Counted from the first letter of the stretch, positions 26,701-39,714 are shown. The stretch is 64,000 bases of DNA from Gekko japonicus (GCF_001447785.1 NW_015165300.1:1-64000); one strand, 5' to 3'. Made by a program: numbers and translations. The notes: generated from the letters alone by a model not told the origin.

Positions 26701-29700
26701 CTCACAGTTTTTGAGTCTCCGGCTCACACGTTTTTGTCTTAGCTGAGGGAGGAGGGCTCCAGAACAAGGCTCCCTCTGAGCTGTGGAGTCTCGTCCCTAC
26801 GGGGGAGGGTGGGGTATAAATTTGATAAATAATAAATTTGATAAATAATAAATTTGATAAATAATAAATTTGATAAATAAATAAATAAAAAATCCTACTT
26901 TGTGAGCTACTGGCCTTAAAGTTGCGAGACAGCACTTTGGCTGCTGCGTACATCAGCTTGCTCTGGAGCCCCACCCTTCCTGAGCTAAGGCAAAAATGTG
27001 TGAGCCGAAGGCTAAGAAACGGTGAGCTGGCTCACGCTAACTCAGCTCAGAAGGAACGCTGCTCCGGAGCAAACTGACTGATGCAGCAGCCAAATGGCTC
27101 GCTCACAGCTTTAATGCCAGGAGCCCATAGAGTAGGATTTTTGCTCACACAAGCTTAGAGGGAGCACTGCTCAGAGCCCTCCTGGCTCACTCCAGCTGAG
27201 GCCTGGAGCCACGGGGGACGGCCACCGCCACACGTCACGGGCCCTTTCCGGGCACACACGTGCTCTGGGAACACTGACCTGCCGCAACAGGCCCCTTTGT
27301 CACTGTGGGCAGGGAAGGGGGGGGTTGGGTGTGTCCCTCTTCAGGACCCCCCCCCCCAGCTCACCCTCAGAGAACCAGCCTGCCAGAGCACAAAACTCCT
27401 CTGCCTGCACACGGAACTTCCCAGCTGAGCATGAGGGTAGACCAGGGGTGGCCAAACCGTGGCCCGGGAGCCACATGCGGCCCTTTCACACATATGGCAT
27501 GGCTCCCGGCCAGGGCCGCTGGGGAAGCGAAGGGGAGGCGTGCCCCCCCTCCCCTCCCCAGTCGGTCTCCCCTTCCCCAGCCAGTGTTCCCCTCCCCTGG
27601 TAGGCTTGAAGCGGGGGGGGGGAAGCAGAGAAAGGAAGCAACTCTAAATGTGTTCTCACCCCCCCCCCCCGAAGCCTACAAATAGCATTGGACAAACCAA
27701 TATCATTATCAATATCTGTTTTTACCCCTTTTGTTTTTATTTTTGGCAGTCTCTTTTAATGTTAATAAAAAGCAAATTCGCATATTTCCCAATTAAAAAC
27801 ATGTCTGTAATATTTGTTCATGTCATGCGGCTCTCAAACATCTGACGTTTCTTCTGTGTGGCTCTTACGTTAAGCCAGTTTAGCCAGCCCTGGGGTAGAA
27901 GAGGGCGGCTGCGGCGGCTGCGCTTCTGTGTCCAGCCCTGTGTCCAGCTCGTCTGGACAAGGGAGGAAACCCCCCCCCCTGCGCTCCCGGGACTCACTTG
28001 GGTTCCAGGAGAATGTCAGCCACGCACTTCCGCTGGGGGCCCACCGAGGTCCAGTTCTTGGCCAGAGACACCATGGCCCCAGCATCCAGGAGACCGTAGC
28101 CGTAGGAGTGGCTCACTGCAATCACACAGACGGGACACGGGTGGAGGTCAGGCCCACCCCGCTCCCAGGCCCACCCACTAAGCCCTCGCCCACCCCCAAG
28201 CTCCCTTGGCCTAGTCACCTTTCCGGCCCACCCCGTTGACGGCCCAGTCGTTGGTGTTGAGGTGGGCGGGCTTCGAGGTCCTCACAACAAGGTGCTGCAT
28301 GTCTCGCCAGGTGAGGTTCTTGCTACAGGGGAGAGGGAGAAGGAGAGGAAGGTTACGGGGTGGGGGCCCCCTCTGACATCCAGCCGGCCCTGAAGAGCCC
28401 CCGGAGGATCCCCCCTGCCCACCCCCTTACTTCGCTTCCAGGGCCAGAGCGATGATGCCGGCAGCCAGGGGTGCGGAGGCCGAGGTGCCCGTGTGTGACT
28501 CCGTGCACTTCTGCCGCAAGTCTGTCGTCACCTGGGGGGGAGGGGGCACAGAGTGAGCCAGTGCTGCTCCGGGAGCACCCAGCCCCTCCCACCCCCCACC
28601 CCCCACGGCGGGACTCACGATTTGCTTCTCGTTCTGACTGCCGCTGCTGTAGGTGGTGGCCAGGGTGGAGGAGCAGGCCTCGCTGTACCAGGGCACGTTC
28701 CCCGACTGGGTGGTGCTGCTGATGGAGAGGGTGTAGATGCTGTTGGTGTAGCCGTCGCAGTTGCAGCTGTCGTGCTCCCTGCCGCCGTTCCCCGAGGCCC
28801 ACACGAAGATGGAGCCCAGCCCGTTGCGGCCCTGCAAGGGAGGCAGCCGGGTTGAAGGGACACAGCCCCACGGCACCACCCCCCAGACCTCCCCACGGGC
28901 CGGCCCCACCCGCTGACCTGGCTGACGCCCCGGAAGAAGGCCTCTTCGGCCAGGTGGGCAGGGCCGTCCACCGTCTTGCCGTCGTCCTCAGGGCCCCAGC
29001 TGGCGCTGTAGACGTGGATGTGGTTGGGGTTCAGGCCCAAGGACTGGGCCTCCACGGCGTCCGTCACCTCCCCGTCCAGCATGCGCACCCCTGGGCAAGA
29101 GACAGGGTTACTCGGACCCCCCTCCGGGCCGGCGGACTCAGAGGCAAAGACGCACCCGCCTCTCCCCGCTCCAGGGGACGAGCAGAGCCGGGCCTGCCTT
29201 CCAAAGACAGTTCATCACAAATTAGGAAAATGGGTAACTGACTTGGGTAATTGCTTTATGCATGTTTTTAACTGTATTTATATATGCATTTTATGCAAGC
29301 TGCCCTGTGCCCTCCTTGGCGGGGAGACCGGGGTATAAATCGAACTAAGGAATAAACAAATGCAGAATAGAACCCCCCCCCCCCCACCAGGGCCACCCCC
29401 TAAGTGGGCCACGGGACGTCCCCGCAGGCCGCTTACCTCCGATCTTGGCGTTGTAGGCCACTCCCGCCCCACAGATGCCGTTGCTGGCCACAGCAGCCAC
29501 TTCCCCCGCACACCGCGTGCCGTGCCTGCAGCGGGAGAGAGCGGAAGCAGCGGGAGTGGGACAGGGGCTGGATCCCACCCCCACGAGCCGCAGGGAACAG
29601 CGGGTGAGGACCGGCTGGCCTGCCCAGTGCCCGGCCCAGAGCCACGGGGGTCTTCCTCAGCACCCAGTGCCGTGCGGGCCGTGCGCAGCGCCACATGAGG

Positions 29701-32092
29701 AAGGAGAGGCCTGGCCCACTCTGCCCCCCCGCCTGCCTCCTGCCCAATTTAATCAGAAAGCCCCCCCCCTCCACACACCCACAGGCAGACAGACAGACAC
29801 ACACCTGTTGTCATTCATCTGCGTGTAGCGCGGCTGGGGATCCGAATCCTGGTCGTTCACGTCGAAGCTGGCAGCAGAGTCCTGGAGAGAAAGGAGGTCA
29901 GTGCCGCCCCCTCCCCAAGACCCCCCCCCCGGGGAACTAGTTGAGGGGAGACCCCCCCCCATTCTGCTCTGTACAGGAAGAGTCCTCTCCTCCACGTCTG
30001 CCAGTCCTGCCCGGAGACTACAGGCACACACAGCCTCGGGCCCCATCCGGCCTGCCGTGCGCGGGGGGGGGGGGGGGGGCTCGGATCTGGGTTTCTGCCC
30101 CGTAACCGCTACACCACCGTGCCTTGGAGTCCCTGTGGCCCCGGGACCCCACGAGGGGCTTCTGAGGGAACTGCGGGGGGGCCTCCTCCCCACAGCTCCC
30201 CCCACAGGCAGGGCAGCTTCCCAGGAAGATCCACCTCCGGGTGCCGAGGAGGAGGAGAAGCGCACGCGGAGGTGGGACCCATGCTGCCCCCCCCCCGCGG
30301 CCCGCGCTGCCCCCCCCCACTATTGGCTTCTAGGTCCGGGTGGTTCTTCTCAATGCCGTCGTCCAAGATGGAGACCACGATGCCTCGGCCAGTGTAGCCT
30401 TGTCGCCAGGCTTCCCGCACGTTCAAGTCCCGCTGGTTCCCGTTGGCCTGGAGGAAGAAGAAGAAGAGATTGGATTTATACCCCTTGCCCTTCACTACCC
30501 GAAGGTGTCTCAGAGGGGCTCACAAACTCCTTTCCCTTCCCCTCCCCACAACAGAAGACACCCTGTGAGTTGGGTGGGGACGAGAGAGCTCTTGAGAGAG
30601 GACTGCTCTTTTTCAAGAACAGCTCTTATCAGAACTAGGGCTTGCCCAAGGTCACCCAGCCAGGTGCAAGTGGAGGAGTGGGGAATCAAACCCGGCTCTC
30701 CCAGATTAGAGTCCATGCACTTAACCACTACACCAAACTGGAGGAAGGAGAACCCCGCAGCCTTCAGAGCATGCGTCTTGGCGCCACAGCCCTCGCCCGG
30801 CTGGCCTGCCTACGGGGGGCCCCCCAAGGTGCCGTCTCCCCACGAGGGAGGTGCGGCGGAGGCCGCTCTTCTCCAGGTCTCTCAGGAGAGACAAGAGACT
30901 GCGGTGGGAGGCATTCTGCTCCGCTCAGCCACGGGCCACTTCCCCGCCCGCTCCAGCACCCCCGCTCTCTGGTCCCTGGTGGGCATTTGGACAATCCGGG
31001 CCACGTGATGCCTGATGCAGCGGCAGTCCCCTGCTGGAAACTCCACGTCTGCAGCCGCTCCGTTCTCATCCCTGACGCCTCCAGATCAAGGAAGAGCNNN
31101 NNNNNNNNNNNNNNNNNNNNNNNNNNNNNNNNNNNNNNNNNNNNNNNNNNNNNNNNNNNNNNNNNNNNNNNNNNNNNNNNNNNNNNNNNNNNNNNNNNNN
31201 NNNNNNNNNNNNNNNNNNNNNNNNNNNNNNNNNNNNNNNNNNNNNNNNNNNNNNNNNNNNNNNNNNNNNNNNNNNNNNNNNNNNNNAGTCCGGACCTCTG
31301 CAGGGGGGGCGGGGGGGCAGCCACAGCTCACATCATCGTCCCAGGGCACTGCTGCCCCTCGCCATGCCCCCAGGAGCCCCCCGCCCTCGCTTCAGGATGA
31401 CAGTCCTGGGCGGGGTCACCCAGAACAGACCGCGAAGAACGGTCCCTGACGGCCCTGCCCTGGGAACCCGCGCGGCCCACCCTCACTCACCAGGTACCAC
31501 TGCTGGGGGTACTTGGGGTCCGTCGGCTCCAGGGAGAGGTCTCTTTTCTTCCGTCTCTTTGCCACCTGCTGCTCCAGCCAGTGTACCTGAGGCAACGGGG
31601 GGGCGCGGGGGGAGAGAAGGTTTTTACGGGAGGACGGGCAGCCTCTCCAAACCCTTTCAGTCACACCAGCCTTATGGGTGCACAGAGCTTTCCTGGCACT
31701 GCGGCCTGGGTGGCACTGCCCAGGAGGCCAGCTGGGTACTCCCAACCCAGCTCTGCTATCCAGAGAGGAATGTAGGGTCTCGCAGCCCCTCCTCCTTCTG
31801 GGCACCAGGCCCAGAAGCGTCTCCGCAGACTCCAGGGCAAGCGAACAGAGGCCCCAGACGCCTCCACGGCAGCCACAGCCCAGGGGCGAATGGCAGGGGG
31901 ACCCGATCACATGCAGCTTTGCCGTTTCCCCATTTCAGCATGTCAAGCCACATGGGAATAAACAGAGCGTGCGGAACACGTACGGACGCCGGCCTTCATC
32001 TTTGAGACCTCCAGACTGGCCGACATATTCCCCTTGCCTGCCCCCCACCTTCGAGGACTGCCAACAGTCGCCATTTTTGCTGTACCCTCCCC

Positions 32093-32134
<42 letters not shown>

Positions 32135-35100
32135 GGAGCTGGAGATGTGGAAAGCAACTTATTCTCAGGGTTCAATGGATCCTCCGGTACCTTGGACCAG
32201 AAGAGGCGGTACCCACGAGAGCTGCCCGGCACGCCTGTCTGCACCAACCCACTCCTGCTCGGCTCAGCAGACTGAGGACTGGCGGGGTCCCTGCCCCTCC
32301 TGGGCCGCTTGGGCCCTCCTCCCTCTTGGACTTTCCCAGCAGCCCTGGGCTGGAGCCCCCCCCCCCGTGCAGGAGGAAGGGGGAGGGAGGCTGGCCAATG
32401 GCCACTGCCCGTCGGGAGAGGAGCTGGACCACAGCTTGGCAGCTGCTGCTGCTCCTCCTCCTCAGGGCTTCCTTCCCTGGCCCCCAAGACAGCCCCATGC
32501 ATCCCCTGCCCCACTGCTTCCAACCCAACCCAACCAAGCCCCTCATCGATGTCCAGGGAGGCACGTTGCCCATTTTGGATGCCCCAGACAGAAACTGGGC
32601 AGGGCCTGAAGCCAAGAGCACAGAGGCCAGGAGCACGAGCACCTCCCCTCCCAGGCACAGGGACCGGAAGCCGCTCCCACCGCCATGGCTGGCAAGAGCG
32701 GACCAAGCCCCCCTTGGTCTAACCCGAACGCACTCACCTCGGGCTCCCTGCTCAAGGAGCTGTGCCAGGATCTGTGGGGGGAGAGCGACCGCTTCGCCAC
32801 GGCCCGGTGGCAGAGGAGGAAATAGTCGTCAAAGATCTGGGGGGGGGGGGGGGGGGGCGGGCANNNNNNNNNNNNNNNNNNNNNNNNNNNNNNNNNNNNN
32901 NNNNNNNNNNNNNNNNNNNNNNNNNNNNNNNNNNNNNNNNNNNNNNNNNNNNNNNNNNNNNNNNNNNNNNNNNNNNNNNNNNNNNNNNNNTCCCTCTCCG
33001 GGCCCTCCCCCCACCTCTCCCAGCAGGCCGCAGGGACTGAATGAACCCCTCAGCAGGCCCCCACATGGACCCCCTGCTCTCCAAGGAAACCTTCCCACGA
33101 CAACGAACCCAGGGCAGTGGGGGCGGCTCTGCTCGGGTCTGGGCCTGGTACTTTTCAATATTTTTATAAATGATCTGGATGAGGGTGTGGAGGGGCTACT
33201 CATTCAATTTGCCGATGACACCAAATTGGGAGCAGCAGCAAATTCAACGAGGTCTGAACACGCTGGAAAACTGGGCGGATGTGAACAAAATGCCATTTAA
33301 CAAGGGTAAGTGTTGAGTTCTACATACGGTAACAAAAATGAGGAACACGTATACTGGATGGGGGGATACACTTCTGGGTAGCAGTGTGTGTGTGTGTGTG
33401 TGAACAAGATCTCGGGGTACGGGTGGACCGGAAGTGAAACATGAGCAGCCAGATTGAGGCGGCGACAAAAGAGGCTACTGCGATCTTGGGGTGTGTCAAC
33501 AGAGGCATAACAGCCAAATTGCAAGATGTGATCGTCCCGCTGTGCACTGCATTGGTCAGGCCGCGCCTGGAGTCCTGTGCGTAGTTCTGGAGGCCTCGCT
33601 TCAAAAAGGATGTGGGCAGAACGGGGCGGGTGCAGAGGAGAGCGCCGAGGGTGATCGGGGGGGGGGGGCCTGGGGGCCAAGAAGCCCACTGAGGAAAGGC
33701 CAAGGGACGTCTTGGGAATGTTGAGTCTGGAGAAGAGGAGGCTGAAGGGGGGCCATGACTGCTCCCATGAAGTATTGGAGGGGCTGTGTCGCTGAGAGAT
33801 GGGCAGGGAGCTGTAACCTGTGGGCAGCAGAGGAGAGGACGCGCAATCATGGGTTTAAACTAAGGGCGGGAAGGTACTGGCTGGGTATTAGGGAAAACCT
33901 TTTGACGGTCAGAGCTGTGCCACAGTGGAATCAGTCGCCCGGGGAGGTGGAGAGCTCCCACTCACTGGCCGTCTTCAAGCAGCGGCTGGACAGACCCTTG
34001 TCGGGGGGATGCTCTGGGCTGATCCTGCACTGAGCAGGGGGTGGGGGCTGGACGGCCTGTAGGGGCCCCCTTCCAACGCTGTGTGGTTCTATGGTTCTAA
34101 GTGAGCTGGTCTGAGGGGGGGAGGGGGCCCAGCTGCCCTCTCGGCCCCCCCCCCCGGTTGAGGCGGACTCCCTCGAACGCTAGCCCTTCCCCGCGACAGG
34201 GAGGGAGGGAGGGGGCTCCAGCGCAGAGGGAGAGAAGGCCCACTGAGCACCTGGGCTGCCCCTGAGCCTGACTGGCCGTGCCTCACCCACGGGCCTGAGG
34301 AGGAGACGGGGAAGGAAGCCAAGAGGAAGCAGAGAGCCAGAAGGACATGCAGCCGAGCACTGCCAAGGGACTGGGGCTGCACGGGCCGAGGGGACCCCTC
34401 CAGAACAGCAGCAGGAGAAACTATTGAGGCAGACTCAGCAGGGGTTCTGTAAAGGAAGATCTTCTCTCACTAACCTGTTAGTGTCCTTTGAGGGGGTGAA
34501 CAAACATGTGGACAAGGGGGACCCAACAGATGCTGTTTACCTTGACTTCCAGAAAGCTTTTGATAAAGTTCCTCATCAAAGGCTCCTAAGTAAGCTCAAT
34601 AGCCACGGGATAAAAGGACAAGTCCTCTTGTGGATCAAAAACTGGCTAATTAATAGGAAACAGAGAGTGAATATAAATGGGAAATTTTTTCAGTGGAGGG
34701 TGGTAAGCAGTGGGGTACCGCAGGGATCAGTACTCGGTCTGATGCTTTTTAACTTGTTTGTTAAAGATTTGGAGTTGGGAGTAAGCAGTGAAGTGGCTAA
34801 ATTTGCGGATGACATGAAGTTGTTCAGGGTGGTGAGAACCAGGGAGGATTGTGAGGCACTCCAAAGGGATATTCCGAGGATGGGCGAGTGGGCGTCAACG
34901 TGGCAAATGGGGTTCAATGTGGCCAAGTGCAAGGTGATGCGCATTGGAGCAAAAAATCCTAACTATAAATACACATTGATGGGGTCTGAACTGGCAGAGA
35001 CTGACCAAGAGAGAGATCTTGGGAGTCGTAGTAGATAACTCACTGAAAATGTCGAGACAGTGTGCAACTGCAATAAAAAAGGCCAACGCTATGCTGGGGA

Positions 35101-38100
35101 TTATTAGGAAGGGAACTGAAAACAAATCAGCCAGTATCATAATGCCCCTGTATAAATCAATGGGGCGACCTCATTTGGAGTACTGTGTACAGTTCTGGTC
35201 ACTACACCTCAAAAAGGATATTATAGTATTAGAAAAAGTGCAGAAAAGGGCAATGATAAAAGGGTTGGAACACTTTCCCTGTGAAGAAAGGTTAAAATGC
35301 TTGGGGCTCTTTAGCGTGGAGAAACGGCGGCTGAGGGGTGACATGATTGAGGTTTATAAGATGATGCATGGCACAGAGCAGGCTGAGAAAGAAGTACTTT
35401 TCTCCCTTTCTCACAAGACAAGAACTCGTGGGCACTCCATGAAATTGCTGAGCGGTCAAGTTAGAACGGATAAAAGGAAGTACTTCTTCACCCAAAGAGT
35501 GATGAACACATGGAATTCACTGCCACAGGAGGTGGTGGTGGCTACAAGCATGGACGGCTTCAAGAGGGAATCGGATAAGCATACGGAGCAGAGGTCCATC
35601 AGTGGCCATTAGCCACAAGATATGGATAGGGGCTCTGGGGCAAGGGGTGCTCTGTATTCTCGGTGCCTGGGGGGGGGCAACAGTGGGAGGGCTTCTAGTG
35701 TCCTCCTGGCCCCACTGCTGGACCTCCTGATGACACCTAGTATCGATGGCCACTGTGTGACCCAGAGTGTTGGACTGGATGGGCCACTGGCCTGATCCAA
35801 CACTGGCTTCTCTCGTATGTCCTTATGTTCAGGGCTGAGGTGCAGGGCAGAGTCCTTCCCCTCCGAGCCCAGAGAAGCAAGAGGGGCGGGAGGGGAGAGA
35901 CGACATCAGCACATGTTCCCCCCCCCTCACTGAGTGACCTGGCTGCACTCCCGGCTCTCGAGACGTCCCAGCACTTGGGTTGCTCAAAGATCTCCTGAAA
36001 GTATGACTTTTCTACAGGGGACAGCGACCGGCTCCCCTGGAGAAGATGGCTACCCCCACTAAGCACCCTCCCCAAACACCAAGCTCCATTCTCAAATCTC
36101 CAGGAATCCCAAAACCAGGAGTTGGCGAGCCCACATCCTGCCCACCATTCCCCACTTCCCAAGACATCCCTGCAGGGAGAGGATACCGCCTAGCATGCAG
36201 CGGGAGGAGGCCGGGGACACCACACCGAGCAGGTAGCGGGAGGAGGCCGGGGACACCACACCGAGCACGTGGAAACGCGAGTAAGATGGGACGGATTTCC
36301 AGGTGGCCCAGATGGATGACAACAGCTTCGAGGGCAACCTGAGTCCAACACGGAAGGAGAAGAGAGGCCTTCGGGGCTCAGGCCCCATCAAAAAGAGTGC
36401 GAGTCTTTGCCCCCTGAAGATACTTGAGGAGGGGCAAGGAGGAAGGGTGTTAGGCACGGGGTGTGTGTGTGCAAACTGACAATCCAAACAGAAAAAGCCA
36501 CTCCCCCGCCTGCCACATCAGCACGGGGGGGGGGGGCCCTGGGCACAGACGCCAGGAAGTTAGGGACATTCTGCTGAAGCCAAAGATTAAAAAACCGACC
36601 CTGCCCCCTTCTTACTGGAAAGCAACGGGCATATTAGGAAACACAAACATATGCAATGTTTACTCATCAAGCCTAAACTTTTTTCCTGCTTTAACACCAT
36701 AAAAAAGCATCATTAATAACATCGTCAGCATAAATGTGCTATTTGACAGAATTATGACAATTTTTAAATATAAATGACTTTGATTTCTGCAACAAAACAT
36801 TCTGACCATGCCCACTACTAAAGGAAGGGGAGGTTGGAAACTGTTGGACTTTCCACTACATTAGCAGATAAATCTTACTTTTTATCATTTGAGAGGTAGG
36901 GGAAAAAATGAAATTTGAACACAGAGAACAGAGAATTTTATCGTACTGGAAGTCTTATCTGGCCAGAAACAGCCTCATTCAGTAATAACAGGCATACAGC
37001 TTATTTCAATGCCAACTTTGTAAAACTGACCGCACTAAACAATGTTTTATCACCATATGCATGTTAATTGTGAAAAATTAGTCACATTTGAACAATAAAT
37101 ATGCTATATACGTAGGAATGATCACCTGCTAATGACACCTAGTATCTAGTATACTTTGTGGAGATTTTTTCCAGGGCTGCCCAAAATGTTAATTTTTCCA
37201 TTAGCAAAATGGGGGGAAAGTCCTCTGAACCCTCCCACCCTTGGGGGGTCTTCGTATCGCCAGTAGGCCGCGTGCCATAACTCTGATCACGAACAGAACA
37301 CAAAGTGTGCCCTCCCGGCTGGCAGGGAACCAGGCGCCACCTCCCTCGCCGCTTCTCCGTCTCTCTCCCTGCAGGAAGAGGCTGGCCTCACCCTGACCCA
37401 GCCCTGCCCACTGTGGGCACTGAAGCCCCAATCACTCCCCTGCTACCTCCCGGTGACATTTCCTGGTCTGAGTGCCAAAAGAGCACCCGTGCGCCACGTC
37501 TTCCTCTCCACAACTCCGGCACCCCAAGGCAGCAAAGGGGGCTGCAGGTGGGAAGAGCCGGCCCTCTGCCGTGGGGCAGGATAAGGGCGCTCCAGGCAAG
37601 CACGGCCCTTTCCAGGGGGCAGGGCCCTCCAGCACCAACCCTGCCAGTGCCGTGGGCCTCGCGATGCCTGCTGCCAAAGCCACACTGGCACGGGTGCTGC
37701 CACAGCACAGGAACCAACAGGCGGGCCCATCGCCCACACCAGAAAACAGCCAGCGGCTGGACTCCCCTACCAGGGTGTCAGCATTGCCTTCTGCTCGTAC
37801 GGGGGATTACGGGCACGCGCACAGCCTGAGCCAAACGTGGAGCAGGCAGAGACTCCACAAGCAGGTGCAGAGGCCGCCACTCCTCCGCTGCGGCCAGGTG
37901 GAAACCGGCTCCGCTCTGGCCACAGAAGCGGGGGGNNNNNNNNNNNNNNNNNNNNNNNNNNNNNNNNNNNNNNNNNNNNNNNNNNNNCGGAGCCCCCCCC
38001 CCCCCCCCGGAAAGAGACTGTGGCAAGCGAAGCCTTGGCCTGAGGTCCTGTTTATCGGAGGCCCCCGGCTGTCTGACTGGACCTTTTTTTAAAGAAAAGC

Positions 38101-38914
38101 CATGCATCTCCAGACCAAAAAAGAAGTAAATTATACAGGCATACATATTTAAAGCTTCCTTATTTGTAAGAGGAAGACAGTTTCATAGAACTAGAGCTGG
38201 AAGGGGCCAAACGGGCCATCCAGTCCAAACTCCTGCTCAGCGCAGGATCGGCCGAGAGCACCCAGCCGCTGCCTGAAGACTGCCAGTTTGGCATGTGTGT
38301 GTGTGGGGGGGGGAGCTCTCACACCTCCCTCAGCAGCCGACTGTAAAAACAATTTTTTCCACCCGAACCCTTTGCACGGGTAACTTAAGCCTGTTACTGC
38401 AAGTCCTGTCCTCTGCGGCTGCCCACAGGGACAGCTCAATGCCCTCCTCCTCCTCCACCTGACAGCCTTTCAAATACTTCAAGAGAGAGAGAGAGAGAGC
38501 GAGCGCAATCCTGTCCCCTCCTCCTCCACCTCCTCTTCTCCAGACTGGACACTCCCAGGCCCCAGAGCCTTTCCTCGCAGGGCTTGAAGAATTCCAGAAT
38601 TCTCTACCTGCAGCCAACCCCCCCCCCCGCCCAGTCCTGCTCCGGAAGGCAGCCCCTCCCCCATGGTCCACTGCCCACCTAGGAGGTTCTCCCCCCACAC
38701 CCAGCCCCGGCAGTCCCGGAGAAGCGGCACTCACCTGGCCAAAGTTCACAAAGCCATGCTTTCGGGCCAGCCTCTCCACTTCCTCGGGCCCCGCAGGCAC
38801 CCGCAGCGCCCAGGTGTTGGTGTAGAGGTGCTGGCCCACCACGCCCCTGACCAGGAGATCCAGAGCCAGCACAAAAGTCCACAGCAAGAGCAGCAGAGGC
38901 GGCCTCAGATCCAT
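23707..38914 (-). CDS. FURIN: Furin proprotein convertase (subtilisin/kexin family); 15 coding exons
   Basis: ATG 38914 ([12 protein letters not shown] signal peptide). Exons: 38914-38735, 32836-32738, 31586-31491 (RRKKR/D prodomain cleavage), 30447-30321 ([13 protein letters not shown]; 2 nt short), 29881-29805, 29525-29437 (HGTRCAGEV), 29090-28918, 28831-28619 (WASGNGG), 28531-28431 (GTSASAP), 28322-28219, 28115-27998, 26515-26336 (P domain RRGDL), 25936-25812, 25248-25132, 24254-23707 (Cys-rich, [16 protein letters not shown]). Lies upstream of FES on the same strand, as in mammals. Confidence 0.97.
26664..27169. mobile_element. MITE family A copy containing an antiparallel family A copy (26765-27061), which itself carries a retroelement tail
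   Basis: The inner copy is flanked by ctccagaa / ctccggag. An (ATAAATTTGATAAATA)n tail lies at ~26817-26890. Confidence 0.75.
27443..27892. mobile_element. hAT-type MITE family B copy
   Basis: Same ends as 3950-4773. TSD gggtagac / gggtagaa. Confidence 0.85.
30458..30741 (-). mobile_element. tRNA-derived SINE (Squam3-like), sense to FURIN, abutting a splice acceptor
   Basis: A-box TGGTGTAGTGG, B-box-like GGTTTGATTCC, tail ATAAATCCAATCT(CTT)n. Direct repeat CTTCCTCCAG at 30747-30738 and 30457-30448. Confidence 0.88.
32095..32132. repeat. (CA)n microsatellite
   Basis: Uninterrupted CA run in a FURIN intron. Confidence 0.9.
33110..34099 (+). mobile_element. CR1 LINE, 5'-truncated, degenerate RT
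   Basis: [31 protein letters not shown] motif and a CR1-type 3' end (ggttctatggttcta). Confidence 0.85.
34420..35830 (+). mobile_element. CR1 LINE, 5'-truncated, relatively young RT (frameshift near 35020)
   Basis: ORFs 34424-35038 ([28 protein letters not shown]) and 35019-35612 ([15 protein letters not shown]), with a ttatgttc-type tail. Confidence 0.92.
36200..36267. repeat. Tandem duplication of a ~36-bp unit
   Basis: gcgggaggaggccggggacaccacaccgagca occurs twice. Confidence 0.75.
38185..38600 (-). mobile_element. CR1 LINE 3' fragment
   Basis: catagaactagagctggaagggg...atccagtccaa tail end and gacagcctttcaaatacttc motif. Confidence 0.6.
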
Positions 38915-39224
38915 GAAAGCCGGGAGGTGGGGGGGGGGGGAGGAGGAGGAGGAGGCGGCCCGGGGAAGCTCAGAGGGGGCCCTTGCTCCGTCTGGCAAGG
39001 CCCCAGTCAGTCCGAGGCAGCATGGGGCAGGAGGTCACGGGTGCAGGAGGAGGGGTGGAAACGGCCGGAGCCTCTCAGCAGAAGGCACCCGCACGGCACC
39101 TGGGGACAAGGAAAGTCGACAGTCAGACTCGGGGGGGGGGGTGGATGTCAAGTTAATCTTGCATCAAAATAAACTGCGCTGGCTCTGGACAGGCCCTGCC
39201 GAGGCACATGCAAGCACATGCAAG

Positions 39225-39714
39225 TGCCAGTTTGGTGTCGTGGTTAGGAGTGTGGACACTGATCTGGGAGAACCGGGTTTGATTCTCCACTCCTGTACTT
39301 GCAGCTGCTGTGGTGACCTTGGGTCAGTCACAAGTTCTCTGAGAGCTGTTCCGTCAAGAGCAGTCCTCGAAAGAGCTCTCTCAGCCCCCACCCACCTCCC
39401 AGGCAATGCTCCCTCTAAGCTGTGGAGTCCTGTCAGCAAAAATTCTACTTTCTGAGCTACTGGCATTGAAGTTGTGAGCGAGCAATTTGGCTGCTGCATA
39501 AATTAGTTTGCTCTGGAGCCCTCCTTCCTGAGCTAAGACAAAAATGTGTGAGCGAGAGGCTAAAAAACTGTGAGCTAGCTCACACCAACTCAGCTTAGAG
39601 GGAACACTGCTCCCAGGGTGTCTGTTGTGGGGAGGGGAAAGGAGTTTGTAAGCCACTCTGAGACTCAGGGTAGTGAAGGGCGGGAGTATAAATCCAATCT
39701 CTTCTTCTTCTTCT
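39225..39714 (+). mobile_element. Squam3-like SINE interrupted by a MITE A copy
   Basis: gccagtttggtgtcgtggttaggag ... tataaatccaatctcttcttcttcttc. Confidence 0.85.
39404..39609. mobile_element. MITE family A copy inside the SINE
   Basis: Perfect 8-bp TSD CTCCCAGG at 39396-39403 and 39610-39617. Confidence 0.88.

Noticed and set aside
26817-26890. Regularly spaced repeats resembling a CRISPR-like array (also 4361-4572)
   Set aside because: Simple tandem repeats without unique spacers, in a vertebrate context with no cas genes.
30321-30737. SINE extension (290 nt) plus short exon (127 nt) equals 417 nt, apparently restoring the FURIN frame
   Set aside because: The extension contains an in-frame stop and the catalytic-Asp exon would be read out of frame; the divisibility by 3 is coincidence.
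31678-33300. 540-aa plus-strand ORF with an RT-like tail
   Set aside because: It runs through a CA repeat and an N gap into a degenerate CR1 fragment; not a gene.
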